A stretch of DNA of 64,000 nt from Planctomycetota bacterium. Lineage in GTDB: Bacteria > Planctomycetota > B15-G4. Position numbers and translations under genes: made by a program. How positions within the stretch are numbered: position 1 is the stretch's first letter; each line of letters opens with the position of its first letter. The stretch spans positions 11,970-75,969 of the forward strand of contig JBBQUR010000020.1 of the NCBI GenBank assembly GCA_038212275.1, given 5' to 3'. The notes beneath the pieces are model-generated. The model did no database searches and was not told the origin of the DNA. It was given only the letters and a program-made list of their open reading frames with translations. Below, piece after piece: positions 39,487 through 48,926 of this stretch.

Positions 39487-40419
39487 TCAGTGCGCCTCGC
39501 TCGTCGTCGCGCCGGCTGCCGTCGCCTTGCGTGCGTGCAGGTCGTAGCGGTCGCCGCGCGTGAGGATGTGGAGGCGGATGTTGATCAGCGAGATGGGCTC
39601 ATTGGCCTTCAGCGCATCCACCGACGAGAACTCGAGGTCGTGGGCATCCACGATCGTGACGCCGCCGCTGCCCACCACTTCCAGGCTGTCGTCCGGGCCG
39701 ATGAACACCGAGGTGTCCTCGTCGAGGCCGACGCCGATGGCGAAGGGGTTGTAAGCCAGCGCCGTGAGCAGGCGCCCGAGGCGGTCGCGCTGCCGGAAGT
39801 GCTGGTCCACGATGATGCGATTGGTGAGGCCGAGCCCCGGCGACAGGGCGACCATGCGGCGGTGCGGCGTGGCGCCCTCGTCGCCGTACGCGATCATGTG
39901 CTCGCAGACGAAGGCCGCGCCGGCCGACGTGCCGGCGATGTGCATGCCGTCGGCGTTGCGCTCGCGCAGCAGCGTGGAGGCGCGCGTGCCGCCGAGCGTC
40001 GTCGCCAGCCGCAGCTGGTTGCCGCCGGTGATGAACACGCCGTCGGCTTCCTCGATGAGTTCCAGCCAGTCTTCGCGATGACAGTCCACGCGCGTGTCGA
40101 AGGGCACCACGACGGCGCGCCGCACGCCCAATTCCAGCAGCGTCTCCTCGTAACCCGGGCCGGTGCTCTTGTCCCCCGACGCCGTCGGGATGACCACGAT
40201 GCGCGCGCGGCGCCCGCCGCACAGCTGCACGAACTGTTTGAGGATGGTCGGGTCCTTGACCTTGTCGATGCCGCCGCCGATGGGAACGATGAAGCCGCGC
40301 GTCAAGGTGGGCACTCCGGGGAGAGACGGGCCGGGGGCCGGCGGACCGGGAGCGCCCGGCCAGCCGTCGCAGGCCTGCCGGTCTCGGGGCGCCGGCAGCT
40401 CGTGATGGCGGCCAAACAT
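39487..40419 (-). CDS. cphB: Cyanophycinase (peptidase S51)
   Basis: IVPIGGGIDK..., FITGGNQLRL, the catalytic-Ser motif GTSAGAAF, and a downstream His/Glu region. About 310 aa. The start is uncertain (M116 of the ORF). Confidence 0.7.
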   Translation of the reverse strand: MFGRHHELPAPRDRQACDGWPGAPGPPAPGPSLPGVPTLTRGFIVPIGGGIDKVKDPTILKQFVQLCGGRRARIVVIPTASGDKSTGPGYEETLLELGVRRAVVVPFDTRVDCHREDWLELIEEADGVFITGGNQLRLATTLGGTRASTLLRERNADGMHIAGTSAGAAFVCEHMIAYGDEGATPHRRMVALSPGLGLTNRIIVDQHFRQRDRLGRLLTALAYNPFAIGVGLDEDTSVFIGPDDSLEVVGSGGVTIVDAHDLEFSSVDALKANEPISLINIRLHILTRGDRYDLHARKATAAGATTSEAH

Positions 40420-40531
40420 CGCCCACGAATGGCCTTCGGTCAACCGCGGAATGCGCGGCCAGCGGCGCGTTGCCGATGCGCGCCGAGTCGTCGCGTCGGC
40501 AGCGCGCCGTGACGGAGCACGCTGCGAGCCG

Positions 40532-41227
40532 TCAGCGCCCGTGCAGTGGCTCGGGATCCGAAGCGGGAGGCACCTCGGGAAGTGCGGGAAAACGAGCACG
40601 CTCCTGCCAGCGCTGGCTGCCCTTGTTCTCCCCACGATCCAGGAGGACGAGCGGCCCGAGCGTACGGGGCACGACGAAGAACGCGAAGGGCGTGACGCGG
40701 TCGCCACCGTCATCAGCATCGGCCGACCAGAAGAAGGCCCCCGCTGACGGCGGCTCTCCGCCACTGCCGGGCGGCCCGTTGTTCAACGTCTGATAGCCGA
40801 GTTCCTTGATGATCAGCCGGGCCGCACCATCGCCGGAAGGAATGCCGGCACCGCCCGCAGGCACAGTCCCCGCCGCGTAACCCGCCGAATTGACCGAGGC
40901 GCCGCCGAAGATCGCGACGACCATGCAGCGCTCGAAGTCCACCACCGGCAGGCCGGCCTTGTTGTGGTAGAGGCTGTCGTCGGCCTTCGACGCCTCGCCC
41001 AGATGTTCGAGCCACAGCGCCGCCCACTCGGCCTGCGTGGTGATGCGCAGGCAGCGCGCGTCGGCGATGTGACTGTGCGCGCCCGTCAGCGTCACGAGCG
41101 CGGGCAGCGTCGAAGGCGGCGCCTCCTGACGCTCACGAGGCTGCATCTCCGCGGCGCAGCCCAGCACGAGAAACAGTCCGCCGACAGCGACAAGCTTGTT
41201 CTTCCGCACACCCTGCATGCTGCGCAT
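40532..41227 (-). CDS. Hypothetical lipoprotein (231 aa)
   Basis: GGAGGAG Shine-Dalgarno 6 nt upstream of the ATG. Lipobox LVLGC. Gly-rich mature protein. Confidence 0.55.
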   Translation of the reverse strand: MRSMQGVRKNKLVAVGGLFLVLGCAAEMQPRERQEAPPSTLPALVTLTGAHSHIADARCLRITTQAEWAALWLEHLGEASKADDSLYHNKAGLPVVDFERCMVVAIFGGASVNSAGYAAGTVPAGGAGIPSGDGAARLIIKELGYQTLNNGPPGSGGEPPSAGAFFWSADADDGGDRVTPFAFFVVPRTLGPLVLLDRGENKGSQRWQERARFPALPEVPPASDPEPLHGR

Positions 41228-41460
41228 GACGAGCTCCTCCTGCGTCCGGGCCCCGCGGTTTTCGCGCACGGGCCCATGAGTGCGCCGGTCCAGCGAGGCA
41301 ACGGAACACGCCCTTTGAAGACGGGCAGCGTCGCACACCCCCCACGACACGTCCAACCGAGCGCCGCGCTCGGGTGCCGCAGCGATGCCGCGCGAAAGGC
41401 GCGCCCCGTCGCGTCGTCGGGCGCGACGCGACGGGGCCTGACGCGACGGGGCGCGTCCAC

Positions 41461-43101
41461 TCACGGCATGAAGTGCGCCGACACCACGTTGGAGATGCCG
41501 ACGCCCTTGGGCTGCGCCGGATCCTGCACAATGACCTGCAGCAGCACATCGAAGGCGCCGAGACCTCCCGGCACGCCGGGGATCAGGACCTTTCCCTGCG
41601 CGTTGGTCGTGAGCGTGAACGCCGCGCCGAGGCCGAGATCCGGCACCAGCGTGCCGCCCTTGAAAGGGAGACTCGCTGCCTGCAGCGAGACGGCCAGCAA
41701 CGCGGGCCGGTTCGCCGGCGCGTTCTTCAGCAGCAGGTCGGCCTTGCCGCCCGGACCCAGCGTCGTGCCGCACAGGCTCAGCTTGCTGACGCCCGGGCCG
41801 CCGAAGCCGAGGTCCGCCTGGCAGACCAGCGGCGAGATCACCGACACGGTGCCTTGCTTGCCGTTCGCTTGGGTGGCGTAAGGCGCGCCGATGAGCATCT
41901 CCGGCCAGCCGTCACCGGTCACGTCGCCGAGGTGCGAGAGCGCGGTGCCGAAGGAATCGCCGAGTTGCCCGGTCATGTCCGGCAGCAGCGCAGCGCCGGT
42001 CGCGAGCGACAGCACCCGCGCAAAGCTCGGCTTGCCGGGCGTGAGCGGCGCGCTGCCGACGAGGAGGTCCGGCGTGCCGTCCTTGTCCACGTCGCCCGCC
42101 ACATCGAGGACCACGCCGAACTGGTCGCTCATCGCGTCGCCGGTGAAGACCCACGAGGCCGCGCCCGCCGGGCCACGGAAGACGCGCACCGACCCGCGTC
42201 CGCCGTTCTCGCTGTAGGCCCCGACGGCGATGTCGGCAAAGCCGTCGTGGTCGAAGTCGCCGAGGCCCGCGATCGCCGTGCCGAAGAGCGTGAGTTCCCC
42301 GGCGCCGTAGCGCGAGTAGAGCACCGAGCCGTCGACGCCCGAGCGCACTTCGACGCGCCCCGTCAGGTCACCCAGGCTCTGGTCCCCCGGTACGCCGACG
42401 ACGAAGTCCGGCTTGCCGTCGCCGTTCACGTCGCCCGCGGCTGCGACGCACCAGCCCATGCGCTGGTTGGCCGAGCCGTAGAAGGTGTTGAGCACGACAC
42501 CGGTGGCGCCGTCGATCAGCCGCGCGCGGCCCGCGAGCGGCACGAGCGCGCTGCTCTCGTAGTCGGGCGCACCGACGACGAAGTCCGGCCGGCCGTCGCC
42601 GGTCACGTCGCCCACACCGGCGATGGAGAAGCCGAAGCTCTCCTTCGACTTGGTGCCGTTCACCGTGTAGAGCTTGCTGCCGGTCAGTCCGGAGAAGACC
42701 TGCACCGAGCCCGTGTCCGTGCCGTTGACGTCCGTGCCGAGTGCGCTGATGGCGACGTCGCCGTGACCGTCGCCGTTCACGTCGCCAAGGCCGGCCACCG
42801 CGTAGCCGAACTGTTCGTTGACCGCCGCACCGTGCAGCGAGAGCAGCAGCGACCAGTCCTTGCCGGAGTAGACGTAGGCGCTGCCGCTGTTGGCGCCGAA
42901 GTCCGTGTCGCCGGCCTCGCCGACGAGGATGTCCGGCACGCCGTCGTGGTCGACGTCGCCAGCCGACGCGACGGCGCGTCCGAAGTGGCCCTGCGGCGCG
43001 GTGCCGCTGAAGACGTGCTGACTGAGCTGTGCGCGAGTCTCGGCGCAGAGCAGGGCGCTGCCGGCGAGCGCGAGGAGACCGGCGATGCGAAGCTGAATCA
43101 T
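41461..43101 (-). CDS. FG-GAP repeat (integrin-alpha-like beta-propeller) secreted protein with the shared C-terminal domain
   Basis: Signal peptide. Seven or more FG-GAP blades (GDVDHDGVPDILVG, GDVNGDGHGDVAIS, GDVTGDGRPDFVVG, GDVNGDGKPDFVVG, GDFDHDGFADIAVG, GDVDKDGTPDLLVG, GDVTGDGWPEMLIG). C-terminal CQADLGFGGPG...PFKGGTLVP...LLQVIVQDP...SNVV. Confidence 0.7.
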   Translation of the reverse strand: MIQLRIAGLLALAGSALLCAETRAQLSQHVFSGTAPQGHFGRAVASAGDVDHDGVPDILVGEAGDTDFGANSGSAYVYSGKDWSLLLSLHGAAVNEQFGYAVAGLGDVNGDGHGDVAISALGTDVNGTDTGSVQVFSGLTGSKLYTVNGTKSKESFGFSIAGVGDVTGDGRPDFVVGAPDYESSALVPLAGRARLIDGATGVVLNTFYGSANQRMGWCVAAAGDVNGDGKPDFVVGVPGDQSLGDLTGRVEVRSGVDGSVLYSRYGAGELTLFGTAIAGLGDFDHDGFADIAVGAYSENGGRGSVRVFRGPAGAASWVFTGDAMSDQFGVVLDVAGDVDKDGTPDLLVGSAPLTPGKPSFARVLSLATGAALLPDMTGQLGDSFGTALSHLGDVTGDGWPEMLIGAPYATQANGKQGTVSVISPLVCQADLGFGGPGVSKLSLCGTTLGPGGKADLLLKNAPANRPALLAVSLQAASLPFKGGTLVPDLGLGAAFTLTTNAQGKVLIPGVPGGLGAFDVLLQVIVQDPAQPKGVGISNVVSAHFMP

Positions 43102-43172
43102 GGAAGTGTTCCGTGTGAAGTGGAGGGTCCTGTCGCCGCGCCGCGCGCGGCCTGCAGCACGCGCCTGCGCAC

Positions 43173-43205
43173 TGAGGTCCTTCAGATCCGGATCGCGCGC
43201 GAAAA
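43173..43205. promoter_or_regulatory. Conserved palindrome-containing element (CAGATCCGGATCGCGCGCGAAAAGGTCTCAGCC) upstream of the FG-GAP gene at 41461..43101
   Basis: A near-identical 33-nt copy lies at 45011..45043, upstream of the paralog. It contains the perfect palindrome GATCCGGATC and the self-complementary CGCGCGCG. Confidence 0.4.
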
Positions 43206-43285
43206 GGTCTCAGCCGAGCGCGCGCTGTGCCCATGAAAGCGCCCGCCCGGGAATCGATCCCGGGCGGGCGTCACGTCGGCTGCCC

Positions 43286-44929
43286 TCAGTTCAGGAAGTG
43301 CGCGAGCACCACGTTGGAGAGCGCGAAGCCCTTGGCCTGCGCCGGATCCTGGATCACCACCTGCAGGAAGACGTCGAAGAGTCCGAGCCCGCCGGGAATG
43401 CCGACCAGGTGCATCGCACCGTGCGTGTCGGTCGCGAGCACGAACGTCACGCCGCTGGCAAGGTTCGGCACGATCACTCCGCCCTTGAAGGCCTTGGCGG
43501 ACGCCTGCAGCGACGCCGCCAGCAGCGCGGGCCTGCTCACCGCCGCGCCCTGCAGCACGATGTCCGCCTGGCCCGCCGCGCCGAGCGGCGCGCCGCACAT
43601 CGAGAGGTGCGCGAGACCCGGGCCGCCGGAGCCGAGGTCGGCCTGGCACCAGAGCGGCGAGTAAACCGTGACCTGGCCCTGCGTGGCGCCGACGATGGCG
43701 TACGGCGCGCCGACGAGCACGTCCGGCCAGCCGTCGCCGGTGACGTCGCCCGCGGCGGCGAGGGCGCTGCCGAAGCCGGAGATGTTCGGGCCTGTCGGAC
43801 TGCCGTATAGCGGCAGGCCCGTCGCGCCGGAGAGCACGCGCACGTAAGGGAGCTTGCCGCCGTTCGGCGGGAAGGTGCCGACGAGCAGGTCGGCGTGACC
43901 GTCCTTGTCCACGTCACCGGCTGCGGAGACGGCCGTGCCGAAGCGGTCGTCAGGCGCGTCGCCGACAAAGATCCACGAGGCCGCGCCGCTCGGGCCGCGG
44001 TACACGTGCGCCGCGCCGGCAGCGCCGGACTCGCCCGAGGCGCCGACCAGCAGGTCCGCGAAGCCGTCGCCATCCACGTCGCCGACACCGTCCAGCGCCG
44101 TGCCGAAGAAGGACGCGGCGTGCGGGCCGAAGCGCTGGTAGAGCAGCGCGCCGCCGTTGCCGGAGCGCACGTCGATGCGGCCGGTTGCGGCGCCGAGAAT
44201 GGCCTCGCCGGGCGCCCCCATCGCGACGTCGTCGCGGCCGTCGCCGTCCACGTCGCCGGCGCCTGCCACCACGCTGCCCAGCCGGTCGCCTTTCTTGCCG
44301 ACGAAGGTGAGCAGCGTCGCGCCCGTGTTGCCCGAGACGACGATCACGCGCCCCGCATCCGGCGTGAGCCCGAGCACGCCGTCGTAACCGGGCGCGCCGA
44401 TGACCATGTCCGGGATGCCGTCGAGGTTCACGTCGCCGGCCGCGGCGATGGAGAGGCCGAAGTTCAAGCCGGCTGCGCTGCCGGTCAGCGCATAGATCAA
44501 CACGCCGGTCTTGCCGGAGTAGACGCGCACCGCGCCGGCCTGGGCGGCGACGCTGCTGTCGTAGGGCGCGGCCACGGCGAGGTCCGCGAAGCCGTCGCCG
44601 TTCACGTCACCCGGGCCTGCCACGGAGCGGCCGAACTGCTCGAGCGTCGTGCCGCCGTGCAGCACGCGCAGCAGCGACCAGTCCTTGCCGGAGTAGACGA
44701 AGGCGCTGCCGGAGGCGTAGCCGTTGACGCTGTCCGCGGGCGCGCCGAGCAGGATGTCGTCGATGCCGTCGGCATTCACGTCGTGCGCGGCCGCCACGGC
44801 CTGGCCGATCTGCGCCGATTGCGTGATCGACGTGAAGACGTGCTGGGAGATCTGCGCGTGAACCGGCGCGCAGACCAGCGCGCTGCCGGCGAGCGCGAGG
44901 AAACCGGCCGTGATGTGAGATTGATGCAT
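43286..44929 (-). CDS. FG-GAP repeat secreted protein, a paralog of 41461..43101, with the shared C-terminal domain
   Basis: Same architecture, with a near-identical N-terminus (LALAGSAL.CA...AQ.SQHVF) and C-terminus (CQADLGSGGPG...AFKGGVIVP...FLQVVIQDPAQAKG...SNVVLAHFLN). AAGGAA Shine-Dalgarno 8 nt upstream of the ATG. Confidence 0.7.
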   Translation of the reverse strand: MHQSHITAGFLALAGSALVCAPVHAQISQHVFTSITQSAQIGQAVAAAHDVNADGIDDILLGAPADSVNGYASGSAFVYSGKDWSLLRVLHGGTTLEQFGRSVAGPGDVNGDGFADLAVAAPYDSSVAAQAGAVRVYSGKTGVLIYALTGSAAGLNFGLSIAAAGDVNLDGIPDMVIGAPGYDGVLGLTPDAGRVIVVSGNTGATLLTFVGKKGDRLGSVVAGAGDVDGDGRDDVAMGAPGEAILGAATGRIDVRSGNGGALLYQRFGPHAASFFGTALDGVGDVDGDGFADLLVGASGESGAAGAAHVYRGPSGAASWIFVGDAPDDRFGTAVSAAGDVDKDGHADLLVGTFPPNGGKLPYVRVLSGATGLPLYGSPTGPNISGFGSALAAAGDVTGDGWPDVLVGAPYAIVGATQGQVTVYSPLWCQADLGSGGPGLAHLSMCGAPLGAAGQADIVLQGAAVSRPALLAASLQASAKAFKGGVIVPNLASGVTFVLATDTHGAMHLVGIPGGLGLFDVFLQVVIQDPAQAKGFALSNVVLAHFLN

Positions 44930-45010
44930 GACGATGTTCCTTGCGTGGAGGGACCGACGGAAGCCGCACGATGTGCGACGGGGAGCACGCTGCTGCGCGC
45001 CGTGGCCCTA

Positions 45011-45043
45011 CAGATCCGGATCGCGCGCGAAAAGGTCTCAGCC
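45011..45043. promoter_or_regulatory. Second copy of the conserved palindromic element (overlaps the kinase stop codon and lies upstream of the FG-GAP paralog)
   Basis: cagatccggatcgcgcgcgaaaaggtctcagcc, identical to 43173..43205. Confidence 0.4.
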
Positions 45044-48000
45044 GGGCGCGCAGGCCGCCAGAAGCTCCTCGAATTCCGGCAGCTCCCGCAGCGAGGCCAG
45101 GTCGTCCGAGGTGGCGAGGTTCGTCCGGTCGTCGTAGCCCGCGGCGATCGCCTGGCGCAGAAGGTCGAGCGCTCGCGCACGGATGACATCGGCCAGCCCC
45201 GCGGCCTGTTCCGGCCCCACGGCACCCGCGGCGGAAGCATCGCCCGCGGCGGATGCGCCGGGTGAGGGGCCCGCAGCGGTGGCCGTCAGCGCGGCGGCCG
45301 TCAGCGCGGCGGCCGTCAGCGCGGCGGCCAGCTCGGCGTAGAGGCCCGCCCCCAGGCGCACCTGCAGCGCGGTGCCCGGCGGGTCGGCGAGATAGTCGTC
45401 GGCGGCGGCGCGCGCGGCGTCCCAGTCCTGCAGTTCGCGGCACATCGCGGAGAGCCGGCGATGCTGCCCGCGCAGCGTGGTCCTCCAGGTCGTGTTCGTC
45501 GGCGCGCGCTCCGCCGCGAGGCGCTGTTCCTGCGCGGCGCGCTCGAGAATCGGCCGCGCCTCGGCCAGCGCCCCCTGCTGCGAAAGCAGCTCCGAACGGT
45601 TGGTGAGCATGAGCGCGAAACGCGCGCGCATGTCGGGCGAATCGGGCGCCGCGTCCAGCACGCGCTCCTGCGCGGAGATTGCTTCGGCCAGCAGCGCACC
45701 GGCTTCCTCGAAGCGTTGCTGCTGCAGGCACGCCACGCCCAGCCCGTTGGCGGACATCGCGAGGAGCGTCAGGTTGTCCATCGAGTCGGGGAATTGCTCG
45801 ACCAGCTCGCGCTGACCCTGCAGCGCCTGCCGGTAGCGGACCTCCGCCTCGTCGACGCGTCCGAGTTCGCGCAGCAGCAGCCCGAGGTTCTGACGCAGGC
45901 TGGCCAGTTCCTGGCGGCAGACCCGGTCGGTCGGGAGGATCTCCAGCGCCGCCAGATAGTGCTGCTCGGACGCGTTGTAGAAGGCCTCGGCCTCGGGCGT
46001 GCGATCGAGCGAGCGCATCAGCCCGCCCAGATTGTTCTGCAGGTAGGCCACGCGGCGCTCGTTTTCCGGATCGCCGGGCTGCTCGTCCGCAATCCGCAGG
46101 AGCAGCTCCAGCGCTTCGCGCAGCGGCACCTCGGCTTCCTGCAGCTGGCCCGCGCGCAGCAGTCTCACGCCCACGGAGTTGGTCAGGCTCGCGATGCTGC
46201 TGGCCGTGTGGAGGTCTCCGGGTGCGATCTCCTCGCGGCGCCGGAACAGCTCGCGCGCGCGCGCGTCGGCCTCGTCGGAGGCCGGATAGTCGCCCGCGGT
46301 CTGCTCCGCCAGCCCGATGTCCATCCACACGTCCCCGAGGTCCGTGAGAAGCTCGGGCGTGTCCGGATGCGAGGCGTTCAGCTCCTCGAACAGCGCGCGC
46401 GCCTCCTCGAAGGCCGAGCGCGCGATCTCCACGTCCTGCGACACCATCGCCAGCTCGCCGATGCGTCGCGCGGTCCGTCCCGCCGCCTGGCGCAGCTCGG
46501 GCACGTCCCGGTGGCTGCTCAGCAGCTCGCGGTAGAAGCCGAGCGCGTCCTGCAGCAGTTGCCGGCGCACGGGTCCGACCTGCGGCACGTTGGCCAGCGA
46601 CTTGTCGCCGACACGCGCGAGCATCGTGTCGACGGCCCCCATCGCGCGCTGCAGGTCCATGCGCGCCGCATCGCGCTGTGCAGCCGCCTCCTCGCCTTGC
46701 AGGCGCGCCTGCTCTCCCTGAAAGGTCGCCTCGTCCAGCGCGGCCCGGATCGCGATGTTGGCGCGCCGCTCCCACAGGCCCCAGGCCAGCGGTCCGCCCA
46801 CCACGAGCAGGACGCTCATGACCAGCGCGGTGCTGGCCGCCGGATGGCGCTGCACGAAGCGGCGCGCGCGCAGCAGCATGCCGGGGCGCCGCGCCTCGAC
46901 GGGCCGGCGCTGGAGCACGTTGTCCAGGTCGCGCGCGAATTCGCCGGGGCCTGCGTAGCGGCGCGCGCAGTCGGCCTCCATCGCCACGAGGCACACCGTT
47001 TCGGCGTCCCGCGGCACGGCGGGATTGCGCACGCGCAGCGGCGCCGCCGCACCCGCAAGGATCGCTGCGCGCAGGCGCTGCTCGTCCTCCGCCGCAAAAG
47101 GCGTGGACAGAGCGAGCAGCTCGTACAGCGTCACGCCCAGCGAGTAGACGTCGCTGCGCGCATCGAGGCTCGTCACCTCGCCACGCACCTGCTCCGGCGA
47201 CATGTAGGCCAGCGAGCCGAGCTGGCTGCCGCTGCGCGTGATGCGGCTGCTGCCCTCGGCGGCGGCCAGGCCGAAATCGAAGAGCAGCACGCGGCCGTCG
47301 GGCGTGAGCATCAGATTGCTGGGCTTCACGTCGCGGTGCAGCACGCCGCGATCGTGCGCATGCTGCAGCGCCTGGGCCGCCTGCCCCACCAGTCGCAGGC
47401 AGGCCTCGACCCAGCTGCCCGCAAAGCTGCGCGCGCCAGTATCGCTGCCGCTGCCGCGGCTGCCGCGCGAGTCACGCCCATCGCGCGCACCTTGCGCCGC
47501 CGGCTCCGGAGCCGGCGCCCCCTCGCGCCGCGCGACGACGGCCACGACCGCGCGCTGCAGGTCGCGTCCCGTCAACGCGGCGGGATCGCGGCTGTGCAAC
47601 TCCGCAAGCACCTCGGCAAGCGTCGCGCCGCGCACCCATTCCATCGCGAAATAGGGCACGCCGGACTCTTCACCGACGGTGTAGATCGGCACGATGCCCG
47701 GATGCGCGAGGCGCGCGACGGACTCGGCCTCGCGGCGGAAGCGCTCGCGCGCTCCGGGGAAAAACAAGTGCTCGGGTCGCACGAGCTTGAGCGCCACGCG
47801 ACGCTGCAGCGAGGTCTGCTCGGCGAGGTAGACCACGCCCATGCCGCCGCCGCCGAGCCGCTGCAGCAGGCGGAACTCGCCGAGGCGTTCGGGGATGGCT
47901 TCGGGCGCGGCGCCGTTGGCGTCGCCACCGAGTTCGAGCAGGCCCGCGGCGTGAAGCATCTGCAGGCGTTCGCGGATCGCAGGCGCGAGGTCCGGTCGCC

Positions 48001-48115
48001 GCGCGCAGACGTCCTCGAAAACCGCCGAGCCCTCCTCCTCGACGCGCTGCAGGCATTCCTCGACGAGTGCCCGGATCTCGAGCGCGCGCTGGCTCTGTCC
48101 GTCGCCCTGGGTCAT
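45038..48115 (-). CDS. Serine/threonine protein kinase (Hanks-type) with a TM segment and a long C-terminal TPR-repeat region
   Basis: Kinase subdomains: GGGGMGVVYLAEQ (Gly loop), VALKLV (Lys), HRDVKPSNLML (catalytic loop), DFGLAAA (DFG), SLAYMSPEQ (APE-like). A TM helix (ASTALVMSVLLVVGGPLAWGLW) followed by about 600 aa of TPR-like repeats. Start chosen at MTQGDGQSQRALEI. Confidence 0.8.
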   Translation of the reverse strand: MTQGDGQSQRALEIRALVEECLQRVEEEGSAVFEDVCARRPDLAPAIRERLQMLHAAGLLELGGDANGAAPEAIPERLGEFRLLQRLGGGGMGVVYLAEQTSLQRRVALKLVRPEHLFFPGARERFRREAESVARLAHPGIVPIYTVGEESGVPYFAMEWVRGATLAEVLAELHSRDPAALTGRDLQRAVVAVVARREGAPAPEPAAQGARDGRDSRGSRGSGSDTGARSFAGSWVEACLRLVGQAAQALQHAHDRGVLHRDVKPSNLMLTPDGRVLLFDFGLAAAEGSSRITRSGSQLGSLAYMSPEQVRGEVTSLDARSDVYSLGVTLYELLALSTPFAAEDEQRLRAAILAGAAAPLRVRNPAVPRDAETVCLVAMEADCARRYAGPGEFARDLDNVLQRRPVEARRPGMLLRARRFVQRHPAASTALVMSVLLVVGGPLAWGLWERRANIAIRAALDEATFQGEQARLQGEEAAAQRDAARMDLQRAMGAVDTMLARVGDKSLANVPQVGPVRRQLLQDALGFYRELLSSHRDVPELRQAAGRTARRIGELAMVSQDVEIARSAFEEARALFEELNASHPDTPELLTDLGDVWMDIGLAEQTAGDYPASDEADARARELFRRREEIAPGDLHTASSIASLTNSVGVRLLRAGQLQEAEVPLREALELLLRIADEQPGDPENERRVAYLQNNLGGLMRSLDRTPEAEAFYNASEQHYLAALEILPTDRVCRQELASLRQNLGLLLRELGRVDEAEVRYRQALQGQRELVEQFPDSMDNLTLLAMSANGLGVACLQQQRFEEAGALLAEAISAQERVLDAAPDSPDMRARFALMLTNRSELLSQQGALAEARPILERAAQEQRLAAERAPTNTTWRTTLRGQHRRLSAMCRELQDWDAARAAADDYLADPPGTALQVRLGAGLYAELAAALTAAALTAAALTATAAGPSPGASAAGDASAAGAVGPEQAAGLADVIRARALDLLRQAIAAGYDDRTNLATSDDLASLRELPEFEELLAACAPG
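45253..45315. repeat. In-frame 15-nt tandem repeat (CGGCCGTCAGCGCGG x3) in the kinase C-terminus, encoding (LTAAA)n
   Basis: Seen in the sequence. Protein ...AALTAAALTAAALTATAAG. Confidence 0.6.
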
Positions 48116-48293
48116 CGCGCTCCGGTCTGCCTCAGAGGCCCCTGCGCAACCCGCCTGGCCGCCACGGCCGCGCAGTCTATCCGGCCGCCGACCGGCCCGT
48201 GCACGCGGCGCTCCGTCGCGTGGCGTACGGCGGCCCTCACGGCTTCCGGAAGCATCGAGTCCCGACACGTCGACGGCGGGTTAGGATTCCGCC

Positions 48294-48920
48294 GTGAGCG
48301 ATGACAGCCGCATCCTCGTCGAGCAGGCGGCGCGCGGTGATGGCGCGGCGATCGAGCAGTTGCTGCAGCGGCACATGCCCGGACTGCGCGCCTATGTGCG
48401 CCTGCGCTCCGGCGCCATGCTGCGCGCGAAGGAATCCTCCAGCGATCTCGTGCAGTCCGTCTGCCGCGACGTCCTGCAGAACATCGACACCTTCCGCTTC
48501 CCCGGCGAGGCGGCGTTCCGCGGCTGGCTGTACACGACGGCCATGCGCAAGATCGCCGATCGCGCGGAGTACTGGAGCGCCGGCAAGCGCGACGCGGCGC
48601 GCGAGGCGCTGCCCGTCAGCCAGCGGCTGGGAGCCGGCAGCCTGTCGGCACCGAGCGCCGCGGACGACGAGCTGCTTTTCGACTGCTATCGCAGCGTCTG
48701 CAGCCCGAGCGGCGAGGCCGCCGGGCGCGAGGCGCTGGAGCACATGGAGCGCGCCTTCGAGAAGCTGCCCGACGACCATCGCGAGGTCATCGTGCTCTCG
48801 CGACTCGTGGGCCTGACGCGCGTGGAGATCGCCGAGCGCATGGGCCGCACCGAGGCGTCCATCCGCAACCTGCTGCCGCGCGCGCTGGCCGAGCTGGCCG
48901 ACCACCTCGCAGGAAGCTGA
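48294..48920 (+). CDS. ECF-type RNA polymerase sigma-70 family factor
   Basis: Region 2 (RAYVRLRSGAMLRAKESSSDLVQSVCRDVLQNIDTFRFPGEAAFRGWLYTTAMRKI) and region 4 (EVIVLSRLVGLTRVEIAERMGRTEASIRNLLPRALAEL). GTG start. It is divergent from the Ser/Thr kinase gene, with about 180 bp of shared upstream region. Confidence 0.75.
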   Translation: MSDDSRILVEQAARGDGAAIEQLLQRHMPGLRAYVRLRSGAMLRAKESSSDLVQSVCRDVLQNIDTFRFPGEAAFRGWLYTTAMRKIADRAEYWSAGKRDAAREALPVSQRLGAGSLSAPSAADDELLFDCYRSVCSPSGEAAGREALEHMERAFEKLPDDHREVIVLSRLVGLTRVEIAERMGRTEASIRNLLPRALAELADHLAGS

Positions 48921-48926
48921 GCCGCG

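Noticed and set aside
39599-40426. 275-aa ORF overlapping cphB in another frame
   Set aside because: Arg-rich shadow frame. The cphB frame carries the S51 catalytic motifs.
43173-43205. Palindromic element considered as a rho-independent terminator
   Set aside because: No T/U tract follows the GC stem in either orientation. The element is conserved at the same distance upstream of two paralogous start codons, which favours a promoter or operator role.
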